From assembly GCF_963921235.1 (NCBI RefSeq), contig NC_086097.1:185444001-185508000 (forward strand): 64,000 nucleotides of DNA. The letters are read 5' to 3'. This document shows positions 52,294 to 64,000 of this stretch, one piece after another. Source of the DNA: Mobula hypostoma (taxonomy: Eukaryota). The notes below the pieces were generated by a model. It was given only the letters and a program-made list of their open reading frames with translations. It had not been told where the DNA came from and searched no databases. The position numbers were made by a program, and so were the translations under genes. Every line of letters starts with the position of its first letter. The first letter of the stretch is position 1.

Positions 52294-52854
52294 GTAACCT
52301 ACAGCCGTCACATCAAGTCCTTGGAGCGCTTCCACATAAGCTGCCTCCAGTGCATCCTGGGAATTACCTGGCGTGAGCAGGTGCCTCACACTGAAATACT
52401 TGTAAAGACCAACTGCAGAGGTATTGAGACCATGATCACCCAGCGACAGATGCAGTGGCTGGGGCACGTGATAAGGATGCCCCCATGTTGGGCAACCCGC
52501 TGAGTGTTATACGGCCAGCTATATCATGGTCGACGCTCATCTGGAAGGCCGAAGAAGCGCTATAAGGATCAGATGAAGAATGCTTTAACAAGTGCAAGAT
52601 CAGACCCGAGGACCTGGAGGATGTTGCTGCTGACCTTGGCGACAGCTGTGTAGGGACAGGTTTCATATTCTGGAGATGGAAAGAACAACCAGAAGACAAC
52701 AGAAGAGAGCCAGGAGAAATGCAGCCATGGTTGCCACCACTACTACATATACATGTCCCACCTGCAATAGAGCTGGTGGATCCAGGATAGGACTGTATAG
52801 TCATCAAAGATCCCACCGTTGAAGTGATTTCAACGAATGGACAACCGAAGAAGA
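52294..52854 (+). mobile_element. 5'-truncated RTE-clade LINE
   Basis: 11-bp TSD ATAGGGACTTC at 52283-52293 and 52855-52865; LERFHISCLQCILGITW..WLGHVIRM; C-terminal CPTC..HQRSH; (GAA)n tail. Confidence 0.9.
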
Positions 52855-53301
52855 ATAGGGACTTCATTTCTCAGGACATACAACATGCCTATTTTCTCTT
52901 GTGAATAACAATGGCATGCCAAAGTATTCTAGGTAACCACTGATACCACTCAAATGCATTCTTGAAACCAATATAACCTTTGTATAATCATAGGCAATCA
53001 ATGATAAATAAGTAAGTCATTAGACGTTCTAAAGTGGTTAAAGTAAGTGCTTGATAGTTAATAGAACTACATGGTGGAGTCTTGTGGGTAACATATTTTG
53101 TGTATCTTTGGCAGTTAAGTAGGCAGTTTAAATGGTCTGGCATGGACTAGATGGGCCAAAGGGCCTACTTCTGTGCTGTATGAATTTATGACACTATTTT
53201 TTCATTCTGGAATCTTCAATTTTATAGCATTTGAAGTAAGTCAGTCTTCTGTCAATTTTTAAAATATCTTTAGTCATATTCTCATCAGCTTTTCATTTTC
53301 A

Positions 53302-53500
53302 CGCAAAATGTTGAAGGAACTCAGCAGGCCGGGCAGCATCAATGGAAAAGAGTAAACAGTTGGTGTTTCAGGCTGAGACCCAAGTCCTGATGAAGGGTCT
53401 CAGCCCAAAATATTGACTGTACTCTTTTCCATAGATGCTGCCTGGCCTGCTGAGTTCCTCCAGCTTTTTGTGCGTGTTGCTTGGATTTTCTCTCCTTTGT
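53302..53500. mobile_element. 199-bp palindromic Penelope pLTR-derived element
   Basis: 12-bp TSD TTTTCATTTTCA at 53290-53301 and 53501-53512; inverted arms ~53302-53381 and ~53395-53474; decayed hammerhead at 53383-53418. Confidence 0.85.
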
Positions 53501-54430
53501 TTTTCATTTTCAAATGTCAGTTTACAAAATATATTTAATTACACTTTCATAGGTTTCTTCTTTAATTGTTACAATATTTTCCATAAGTCTTACTAAACTC
53601 CAAACTGAATTTTTCACCATTAATATTTTTTTGAATTCAAAGTTTTTGTCGGATTCATGTATCTCCTGGCCAGCCAAATTAAACTCTGCAATTCAGGAGC
53701 TTTCAATCTTTTGCACCTTTTCCTACCTATGGCTATCTAATAACATATTATAACAATTCCTCATTGTTAAGCAAAAATGTGATGAACCAATGGTTTCTTG
53801 TGTAGATGAATTACTGCCTCTTTTACATTCTCTTCTTCTATGCTAAGAAATACGAATAAGAACAATGCCTATTCTACAATGATATAAGAGCTTTAGTTCT
53901 CGATATATGAACGATATATCTGTGTAATTGACGAGACCAGCTTCCCTGGGAAGTTGGTCTTGAGCTGATTTCATGAACCGCTATAGTTCATACTGTGAAC
54001 ATATTTTCACAGTTCAGTTTGGTGGGAAGTCTCAGAATTTATAATCTTGTGTAAAGAGACTTGAAGACAGATTTTCCAAATGATATGCAAAAATGAAGAA
54101 GTAGAAAGGATTGTGGAAATGGTAGTTATGTCCTTTTAGTGATCTTCAAGGTGCAGCCAGAGTAACTTGGGCAAGCTAGGGCCAGAACATGCAGAGGGAA
54201 TGAATATTTAAGATGATGGATGGTCACCAACCAAGCAACCTGCTTTCTTCCAGATGGCATTGAGCTTGCTGGGTGCGGATACAGCTATATTCATCAAGTG
54301 GAAAATATTCTATCAGGCTCCTGAAGTCATGCCATATTGGTCCTGGCATCAGGGGGTTAGGTACTGATGTTGAGGAATTCAGCATTGATAATACTCTTTA
54401 ACATCAAGGGTAGCTGACCATACTCTCTCT

Positions 54431-55606
54431 TAGAACATAGAACATAGAAATCTACAGCACATTACAGGCCCTTTGGCCCACAATGTTGTGCCGACCATGT
54501 AAGCTACTTCAGAAACTGCCTAGAATTTCCCTACCGAATAGCCCTCTATTTTTCTGAGCTCCATGTACCTATCTAGGAGTCTCTTAAAATACCCGATTGT
54601 ATCCGCTTCCACCACCATCGCTGACAGTGCATTTCATGCACCCACTACTCTCTGTGTGAAAAACTTACCCCTTGTACCTACTTCCAAGCACCTTAAAACT
54701 ATGCCCCCTCATGTAAGCCATTTCAGCCCTGGAAGAAAAACCTCTGATTATCCACAAGATCAATGCCTCTCATCATCTTATACACCTCTATCAGGTCACC
54801 TCTCAGCCTTTGTCGCTCCAAAGAGAAAAGGCCGAATTCACTTTTCTCATAAGGCATGCTCTCCATTCCAGGCAACATTCTTGTAAATTTCCTCTGCACT
54901 CTCCCTATGATACCCACACCCTTCCTGTAGTGAGGTGACCTGAACTGAACACAGTGCACCAAGTGAGGTCTAACTAAGGTCTCATATAGCTGTAACATTA
55001 CCTTATGGCTCTTGAATTCAATTCCACTTTTATAAAGGCCATCACAGCATATTCCTTCTTAACAACACTGTCAACCTCTGCAGCAGATTTGAGTGTCCTA
55101 TGGACATGGACCCAAGTTCTCATCAATCCTCCACACTGCCAAGAATCTTACCATTAATATTATATTCTGCCTTCAAATTTGACCTGAAGTGAACCACTTC
55201 ACACTTATCTGTGCTGAACTCCATCTTCCATTTCTCAGGCCAGTTCTGCATCTATCAATGTCCCGCTGAACTCTCTGACAACCCTCCAGACTACTTACAA
55301 CACCCCCAACTTTTGGGTCATCAACAAACTTATTAATCCACCTTCTACTTCCTCATCGAAGTCATTTATAAAAATCACAAAGAAGAGGGGTCCCGGAACA
55401 CCACTGGTCACGGACCTCCTTGCAGAATACGAACCATCTACAATCACCATTTGCCTTCTGTGGGCAAGCCTATTCTGGATCCACAAAGCAAGGTCTCCTT
55501 GGATCCCATGTCTCCCTACTTTCTGAATGAGCCTTGCATGGGGAACTTTATCAAATGCCTTATTGAAATCCATATACACTACATCCACTGCTCTACCTTC
55601 ATCAAT
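54431..55606 (-). mobile_element. CR1 LINE (RT to 3' tail), inserted in an older LINE relic
   Basis: AVDVVYMDFNKAFDKVPH and LVRPHLVHCVQF; AGAACAT-repeat tail at 54431-54450. Confidence 0.88.
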
Positions 55607-57752
55607 GTGGAGATAGTCATTGCCAGACACTTGAGTAACATAAATGTTACTTGCCGTTTATCAGTCCACACCTGAATGTTTTCAAAGTTTCACTGAATGC
55701 ATGAATGGGTTGTTTTGAATGCTGAGAAGCCGTGTGTTAAACTGAACATTATTAGCAAAAATCCCCACTTCTGACCTTTGATAGAAGAAAGCTCATTAAT
55801 CAAGCAGTTTAAGTTGGTTAGGCTGAGATAATCCACTGAGTAACCTGTGCAATGATGTCCCACGAATGGGATAATTGACCTCCACCAACCACAACCACCT
55901 TCCTTCGTGTGAGGTATGTCTCATACCAAGGAGTTTTTTGGCCGTTGATGCCACTCAATCAAATGCTGCTTTGATGCCAAGGGCACTTACTCTTAATTCT
56001 AGAAATCAGCTCTGTGGTCCGTGTCGATACTAAGGTTGTGATGAAGTCTGAAGTTGTGTTGTCCAGGGTAAACTCAAACAGGGCATTGATGAGCAATTTA
56101 ATTTAGGGTACATACTGAATTAAAAATACTGATTTATTTTGCTGATGATTTAGCATAGACGTACAGGTGATAATTTTTCAGACTGGTCTTCTCCTGCATT
56201 TCTTTTTGTGAGCAGGGCATTCTATTTTTTTAATTTTTAATGTGTTAATTAATAAACCCTCTCAATCTTATGAATTTAAGGGCACACAAGTCTAGCTCAT
56301 ACAATCTGTCTTCAGCTTCTAACAATTTAAGTCATGATAACTGGTGAATCTATTTGTGCCCCCTCCAAGGCCAGTATATTCCTCCTGAGTTGTGGTGCCT
56401 AATATTAACTGCAGTGCTCCATGTCAGGTTTGATCAAGGTTCTGTGTAACAGAAGGATAGCTTCCTCTCCTTTCTATTAGTTCTGTTGATAAAATCCAAT
56501 ATTGCATTAGCCTTCCTGATTGGTTTTTATATTTTTAGACTAACTTTTAGTGATTCTTGTAGCTAGTGACCCCAAATGTGCCACCTGATTTAACATCAGC
56601 AAGTTTCGATAAACAATTCACTGTAACTTTAGTCAAGTTAATGGAGAGTTGTCAGTTTTAGAAAAGGCAAGTTAATTTATAATGGTATCAACTGAACTTG
56701 CTATTCTGACATACTGAGTGAGAAAAATCATTGGAATGTCAGAAAGGACTTTTATTGTAGTAGATCAAAGTGGAATGCAACAAGCAATACTTCCCAAATC
56801 ATTTATCAACAATGAACATTTCACAATTGTCTTAGATGCAAAATATTGCCTTACAAGTAAGATATTATATGCATCATACTAAGATCTTTCCATGATGAAA
56901 CAGAAATCACCATGCTCAACTTTAATAATAATTGTAATCCAAATAGCCCTAGTTTTGTTCCCAAATTTCATCACTATTGATACATAACTTTGAGCTGTGT
57001 TTAAGTGCTGATAAAGTATAATATAACCATTCATACAGCTTTATCAGAGCATATCAGAAACCGTCCTGTACAAGGGAAATTACATCAGATTATCATTTAT
57101 AAAATGTGGAACTACTGAAATCATTCATATACCTAATATCTTTCTCCCATGACTATCTGCAAGAATTTAGCACATCCTCTTTGTAGTAAATGTCAAAATA
57201 GCAATAATATTTTATGTAATTGTATAGCATTTTAAGTTGGAGGCAAAGTGGAATTTCAGCTCTGCTAGTAGCATGAATCTTTGTCTGAATTATTGGATAT
57301 GATCGAGACAAAGGCAGGCAGAATTTTGGACCTTGGGGGGAGGGAAAGGTTATGAGAACCAAGAAGGAAAATGTAGTTTGGGCCAAGATCATCTAAGTCA
57401 TAATTTTACGTCATGGCAAGCACACCCAAGGGGCCATAAAAATCTTATTTTTTTTATGTTCTTATGTTATAAATACTGTATTGCCCTATTTAAATTGTGG
57501 AATGGATCTGAGAATCAGATATAACAGGCAAAATTTCAGACAATTTATTAACTACACATATTTTCTCCTCCACCATTGGACTTCTAAATGGTGCATGAGG
57601 TCATGAACATTTCCTCATTATTCCTCCTTTACACTATTTATTTACTTTATATTTCATTGTAACTTATAGTCATTTTTTATATCTTACACTGTACTGCTGT
57701 CACTAAACAACAAATTTCATGACATATATCAGTGATAATAAACTTGATTCTG

Positions 57753-58600
57753 ATAGAAACATAGAAAACTACAGCACATTAAAGGCCCTTCTGCCCACAA
57801 TGTTGCGCCAACCATGTAACCTATTCTAGAAACTGCTTAGAATTTCTCTACTGCAAAATATGTACAGGTACTTAACTAGGGTCTCTTAAAAGATCCTATC
57901 ATATCTGCTTCCACCACTGCCGCTGGTATGCATTCCACACACCCACCACTCTCTGTGTGAAAAACTTACTACTGACATCCCCTTTGTACCTACTTCCAAG
58001 CACCTTAAAATTATGCCCCCTCATGTTAGCCATTTCAGCCCTGAGAAAAAGCCTCTAACTATCCACACAATCAATGCCTCTCATCATCTTATACACCTGA
58101 TGCACTATCAATTACTCCAAAAGACTGGAAGTAGAGTAAATACTGAAAGGCTTTTATTAGCAATAAAATGTGACCTCGACCATGTTGAGTATCTGCCCTG
58201 GACTGAGAGGAGGAGCAGTGGCACAATCGCCTTTATTCAGGGGTCTGTGGGAGGAGCCACGGGAGCAGTCAGCAGAGGGGTGTGTCCAGACAGGTAACCC
58301 AGTTACAACATATATATATATAGTTTACCACAACACCTCAATCAGGTCATCTCTCATCCTCCATCGATCCAAGGTGAAAAGGCCAAGTTCACTCAACCTA
58401 TTCTCATAAGGCATGCTCTCCAATCCAAGCAACACACTCGCACTCTCTCTATAGTATCTACGTCCTTCCTGTAGTAAGGTGATCAGAACTGAACATAGTA
58501 CTCCAAGTGGGGTCTAAAAGGTCTAATATAGTTGTTGAATTCACAGCTCTTGAACTCAATCCCACAGCTGATGAAGGCCAACTCACCGTACAACTTCATA
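57753..58600 (-). mobile_element. CR1 3' fragment interrupted by a solo LTR
   Basis: Homologous to 54431-55080; TAGAAACATAGAAAA tail. Confidence 0.82.
58098..58332 (-). mobile_element. Short solo LTR (235 bp)
   Basis: TG...CA termini, 5-bp TSD ACACC at 58093-58097 and 58333-58337; AATAAA on the minus strand; host CR1 is continuous across it. Confidence 0.8.
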
Positions 58601-59343
58601 ACAACACTACTTTTTGCTTTGTGTACCCTCTCTTCAGCTTCTACATTAGCTTTGAATTCTCTTGCCAGCCACAGTTATACTATTTTGCCATTTGAGTATT
58701 TCTTTGTTTTTGGAATACATCCATTCTGCACATTCCTCATTTTTCCCAGAAACTCATGCCATTGCTGCTCTGCTATCATCCCTGCCAGCATCTCCTTCCA
58801 ATTTGCTTTGGCCATCTCCTCTCGCACACCACTGTAATTTCCTTTACTCCACTGAAATACTGCTACATCAGACTCTACTTTCTCCCTATCTAATTTCAAG
58901 CTGAACTCAATCATATTGTGATCACTGCCTCCTAAGCTCCCTAATCACCTCCAGTTAATTACATAACACCCAATCCATGCTAGCTGATCCCCTGGTAGGC
59001 TCAATGACAAACTGCTCTAAAAAGCCATCTTCTAGGCATTCAGCAAACTCACTCTCTTGAGATCCATTACCAACCTGATTATCCCATGAAATCTCCCATG
59101 ACTATCATAACATTGCCCTTTTAACACACCTTTTCTATTTCCTGTTGTAACCTGTGGTCCACATCCCAGCCTCTGTTGGGAGGCCTGAATATAACTGCCA
59201 TCAGGGTCCTTTTATCCTTGCTGTTTCTTAACTCAACCCACAAGGATTCAACATCATCTGATCCTGTGTCACATCTTTCTACTGATTTGATGCCATCCTT
59301 TACCAGTAGAGCCACACCACACCCTCTGCCTACCTCTTTATCC

Positions 59344-61912
59344 AATAGACAATAGGTGCAGCAGTAGGCCAACAGGCCCTTTGAGCCAGCACCGCCATTC
59401 ACTGTGATCATGGTTGATAATCCACAACCAGTACCCCATTCCTACCTTCTCCCCATATCCCTTGACTCCGCTATCATTAAGAGCTCTATCTAACTCTTTC
59501 TTGAAAGCATCCAGAGAATTGGCCTCTACTGCCTTCTGAGGCAGAGCATTCCACAGATCCATAACTCTCTGGGTGAAAAAGTTTTTCCTCAACTTCGTTC
59601 TGAATGGCCTACCCCTTATTCTTAAACTGTGGCCTCTGGTTCTTGACTCCCCCAACATCGGGAACATGTTTCCTGCCTCTAGCGTATCCAATCTCTTAAT
59701 AATCTTGTATGTTTCAATCAGATCCCCTCTTATCCTTCTAAATTCCAGTGTATACAAGCCCAGTCACTCCAATCTTTCAACATATGACAGTCCCGCCATC
59801 CTGGGAATTAACCTCGTGAACCTACGCTGCACTCCCTCAATAGCAAGAATGTCCTTCCTCAAATCTGGAGGCCAAAACTGCACACAATACTCCAGGTGTG
59901 GTCTCACCAGGGCCCTGTACAACTGCAGAAGGACCTCTTTGCTCCTATACTCAACTCCCCTTGTTATGAAGGCCAACATGCCATTAGCTTTCTTCACTGC
60001 CTGCTATACCTGCGTGCTTACTTTCAGTGACTGATGAACAAGGACACCTAGATCTTGTCGTACTTCCCCTTTTCCTAACTTGACACCATTCAGAGAGTAA
60101 TCTGCCTTCCTGTTCTTGCCACCAAAGTGGATAACCTCACATTTATCCACATTAAGCTGCATCTGCCATGCATCTGCCTACTCACCCAACCTGTCCAGGT
60201 CACCCCGCATTCTCATAACATCCTCCTCACATTTCACACTGCCACCCAGCTTTGTGTCATCTGCAAATTTGCTAATGTTACTTTTAATCCCTTCATCAAA
60301 ATCATTAATGTATATTGTAAATAGCTTCAGTCCCAGCACCGAGCCTTGCGGTACCCCACTAGTCACTGCCTGCCATTCCAAAAGGGACCCGTTAATCCCT
60401 ACTCTTTGTTTCCTGTCTGCCAACCAATTTTCTGTCCACATTAGTATCCTATCCCCAATACCATGTGCTGTAATGTTGCCCACTAATCTCCTATGTGGGA
60501 CCTTATCAACGGTTTTCTGAAAGTCCAGGTACACTACATCCACTGGCTCTCCCTTGTCCATTTTCATAGTTACATCCTCAAAAAAATTCCGGAAGATTAG
60601 TCAAGCATGATTTCCCCTTCGTAAATCCATGCTGACTCGGACCGATCCTGTTACTGCTATCCAGATGTGTCGTAATTTCATCTTTTATAATTGATTCCAG
60701 CATCTTCCCCTCCACTGATGTCAGGCTAACTGGTCTATAATTCCCTGTTTTCTCCCTCCCTCCTTTCTTAAAAAGTGGGATAACATTAGCTACCCTCCAA
60801 TCCTCATAGACTGATCCTGAATCTATGGAACATTGGAAATTGATTACCGATGCATCCACGATTTCTAGAGCCACCTCCTTAAGTACCGTGGGATGCAGAC
60901 CATCAGGCCCTGGGGATTTATCAGCCTTCAGTCCTATCAGTCTACCCAACACCATTTTCTGCCTAATGTGAATTTACTTCAGTTCATCCATTACCCTAGG
61001 CCCTTTGGCCACTATTACATCTGGGAGATTGTTTGTGTCTTCTCTAGTGAAGACAGATCCAAAGTACCTGTTCAACTCATCTGCCATTTCCTTGTTCCCC
61101 ATAATAAATTCACCCGTTTCTGTCTTCAAGGGCCCAACTTTGGTTTTAACTATTTTTTTCCTCTTCACATACCTAAGGAAGTTTTTAGTATCCTCCTTTA
61201 TATTCCTGGCTAGCTTACCTTTGTATCTCATCTTTTCTCCCCATATTGCCTTTTTAGTTATCTTCTGTTGCTCTTTAAAAGTTTCCCAATCCTCTGGCTT
61301 TCCGCTCCTCTTTGCTATGTTATACTTCTTCTCTTTTATTTTTATATTGTCATTGACTTCCCTTGTCAGCCACGGCCTCCCCTTACTTCCCTTAGAATCT
61401 TTCTTCCTCTTTGGAATGAACTGATCCTGCACCTTCTGTATTATTCCCAGAAATACCTGCCATTGTTGTTCCACTGCCATCCCTGCTAGGGTATCTTTCC
61501 AGTCAACTTTGGCCAGCTCCTCCCTCATGGCTTCATAGTCCCCTTTATTCAACTGTAATACTGACACTTCCGATCTTCCCTTCTCCCTCTCAAATTGTAG
61601 ATTAAAACTTATCATATTATGGTAAGTTAGATATGGCCCTTGTGGCTAAAGGGATCAGGTGGTATGGGGGGAAGGCTGGTACAGGGTTCTGAGTTGGATG
61701 ATCAGCCATGATCATACTGAATGGCATTGCAGGATCGAAGGGCCGAATGGCCTACTCCTGCACCTATTTTCTATGTTTATACCATGGTCACTACCTCCTA
61801 ATGGCTCCTCTACCTCTAGTTCCCTTATCAAATCCAGTTCATTACACAAAACTAAATCCAGAATTGCCTTCTCCCTGGTAGACTCCAGTACAAGCTGCTC
61901 TACGAATCCATC
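59344..61912 (-). mobile_element. Relatively young CR1 LINE with most of ORF2, frameshifted
   Basis: Consecutive ORFs 60974-61615, 60578-60955, 60178-60567 (GVPQGSVLG, KFADDTK), 59764-59997, 59338-59757; CAATAGACAATAG tail. Confidence 0.92.
61624..61783 (+). mobile_element. 160-bp CR1 3'-end insertion, antisense within the CR1
   Basis: Flanking ATGGT at 61619-61623 and 61784-61788; reverse complement of the 3' UTR at ~63480-63637. Confidence 0.8.
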
Positions 61913-62389
61913 TCTGAAACAACATGTTACCGTGGACATTCAGCTTCCAACTACAACCATCCTTCAGCCACGATTCAGTGATGGCCACAACATCATACCT
62001 GACAATCTGTAATAGTGCAACAAGATTATCTGCCTTATTTCTTATACTCTGTGCATTGAGATATAATACTTTGAGTACTGTATTTGCTACCCTTTTTGAT
62101 TCTGCATCCCTAATGCACTGATACTCACCCTGCTGACTGCAATTATGTCCTATCATCTGCCTGCCCTTCCTGACAGTCTGATTGCAGACTGTGTTTACAT
62201 TTTTTTTACCATCTGTCCTATTTCGAGACCCTTCACTCTGGTTCCCACCCTCCTGCCAAATTAGTTTAAACCCTCGCCAACAGCTCTTACAAACCTACCC
62301 ATGAGAACATTGGTTTTCCTCGGATTCAGGTGTAAACCATCATTAACTTTACCTTTCTTGTTCCTCAGTTCCATCAATAAAACCTCACT

Positions 62390-63475
62390 AGACTGAGCAC
62401 TGCCGAGACATTTTCCTTTCCTTCCCTTTTAATCCCTCCTGCTCTGTCACATCTAAAACAACAGAAACCCGGAATATTGGGTCACCAGTCCTGCCCCTTC
62501 TGCAACCAAATCTCACTAATGGCTACAATATCATAATTCCATACCCTGAGCTCATCTGCCTTTCCTATAATAATTCTTGCATTGAAATATACGTAGCTCA
62601 GAACATTAGTTGCACCATGCTCAACGTTATGATTTTTGACTTTGTCAGCAACATTTGTCTCCACAACCTCTGCACTATCTGCTCTGGCACTCTGGTACCC
62701 ATGCCCTTGCAACTGTAGCTTACCAACCCCTCCCCACAACCCCCACCCCCGCAAGCAAAACTTCCTGCTAGGTTATTAGTCCCGTGCAGTTCAGGTGCAA
62801 ACAGTCTCTTCTGTACAGGTCTCGCCTTCCCTAGAAGATCTGACTCCCTCCCTCCTCCACCAACTCCTTAGCCACATGTTAAACTGTACGATTTTCCTAT
62901 CTCTGGCTTCATTAGCAGGTAGCAGTTCTGAGATCACAATTCTGGAGGGCCTGCCCTTTAACTTAGCACCAAACTCCCTGAACTCACTTTGCAGAACCTC
63001 ATCACTCTTCCTACCTATGGTCATTGGTGCCTACATGGACCACAACCTCTGGCTGCTCACCTTCCTCCCACTTGAGAATGCTGAGAACTCCAAGATGCCC
63101 AGGACCTGACACTGGGAGGCAATATGCCATCTGGATATCATGTTCGCCTCCATAGAACCGCTTTTCTGCTCCCTGACTAGCAAACCAAATCCCTTATCAA
63201 CATAGCTCGCCTCTTCTCCCCCCTTCCCTTCTGTATCACAGAGTCAGATTCAGTGCCAGAGAAATGAACTTTCAACAGGGGTACTCTGTACTGGCTGTTT
63301 AACCCCTTCCCCTTCCTAACTGTCACCCAGTCTCTTGTGTCCTGCACCTTGGGTGTAAATACCTCTCTATAAGTCCTATCTATCTATTAACCCCCTTCAG
63401 CCGCCCGAATGGTCGGGAGTTTATCCAATTCCAGCTCCTTAATGCAGAGTTTTAGAAGCTGCAGCTGGATGTACT
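62390..63475 (-). mobile_element. CR1 5' fragment (ORF1 esterase-like region and ORF2 start)
   Basis: IGRKSDEVLQSEFREFGAKLK..RIVISELLP (62791-63024) and YFNARIIIGKADEL..YDIVAISEIWL (62482-62754). Confidence 0.75.
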
Positions 63476-64000
63476 TAACATAGAAACATAGAAAATAGGT
63501 GCAGGAGTAGGCCATTCGGCCCTTCGAGCCTGCACCGCCATTTATTATGATCATGGCTGATCATCCAACTCAGAACCCTGTACCAGCCTTCCCTCCATAC
63601 CCCCTGACCCCCGTAGCCACAAGGGCCATATCTAACTCCCTCTTAAATATAGCCAATGAACTGGCCTCAACTGTTTCCTGTGGCAGAGAATTCCACAGAT
63701 TCACCACTCTCTGTGTGAAGAAGTTTTTCCTAATCTTGGTCCTAAAAGGCTTCCCCTCTATCCTCAAACTGTGGCCCCTCGTTCTGGACTTCCCCAACAT
63801 CGGGAACAATTTTCCTGCATCAAGTCTGTCCAATCCCTTTAGGATCTTATACGTTTCAATCAGATCCCCCCTCAATCTTCTAAATTCCAACGAGTACAAG
63901 CCCAGTTCATCCAGTCTTTCTTCATATGAAAGTCCTGCCATCCCAGGAATCAATCTGGTGAACCTTCTTTGTACTCCCTCTATGGCAAGGATGTCTTTCC
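63476..64000 (-). mobile_element. Young CR1 3' end, running off the window
   Basis: Open 127-aa ORF2 C-terminus at 63570-63953; ACATAGAAACATAGAAA tail. Confidence 0.92.

Larger units (their letters stand above)
58605..62350 (-). mobile_element. Older CR1 5' part (endonuclease domain) split into ~58605-59343 and ~61913-62350 by a younger CR1
   Basis: LKVLYLNAQSIRNK..DVVAITESWL (61842-62156) continues into GRGCGVALLVK..VESLWVEL..FRPPN (59121-59340). Confidence 0.78.

Noticed and set aside
59573..61489. Long plus-strand ORFs (153, 134, 139 aa)
   Set aside because: Antisense shadows of CR1 ORF2.
1..64000. CRISPR array, prokaryotic operon or defence system
   Set aside because: No regularly spaced repeats and no dense intact ORFs; the content is vertebrate-type TE debris.

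Overview
This is eukaryotic, transposon-rich, non-genic (intergenic or intronic) DNA. The repeat mix (CR1, Rex1/Babar, Neptune-type Penelope, V-SINE/HE1-like SINE, Tc1, Gypsy, BEL/Pao, RTE) suggests a cartilaginous fish, probably a ray; that assignment is inference. I could not support any host gene exon, rRNA, tRNA gene or CRISPR array, and every recognisable ORF is a decayed transposon fragment. Highlights: (1) Penelope termini carry a 36-nt minimal type-I hammerhead ribozyme, found in at least six copies, including short TSD-flanked elements that begin at the ribozyme; (2) a single TSD-flanked 1.44-kb palindromic Penelope insertion has a 33-bp templated duplicate at its centre; (3) a multi-level nested TE stack splits a BEL/Pao gag; (4) a roughly 650-bp non-coding retroposon occurs twice, with a YY1-like head and a 3' stem-loop plus (TAATC)n tail; (5) an old complete Gypsy element retains short paired LTRs; (6) two solo LTRs; (7) a 34-bp locally templated insertion. 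Boundaries of old decayed repeats are approximate; TSD-defined boundaries were read directly.
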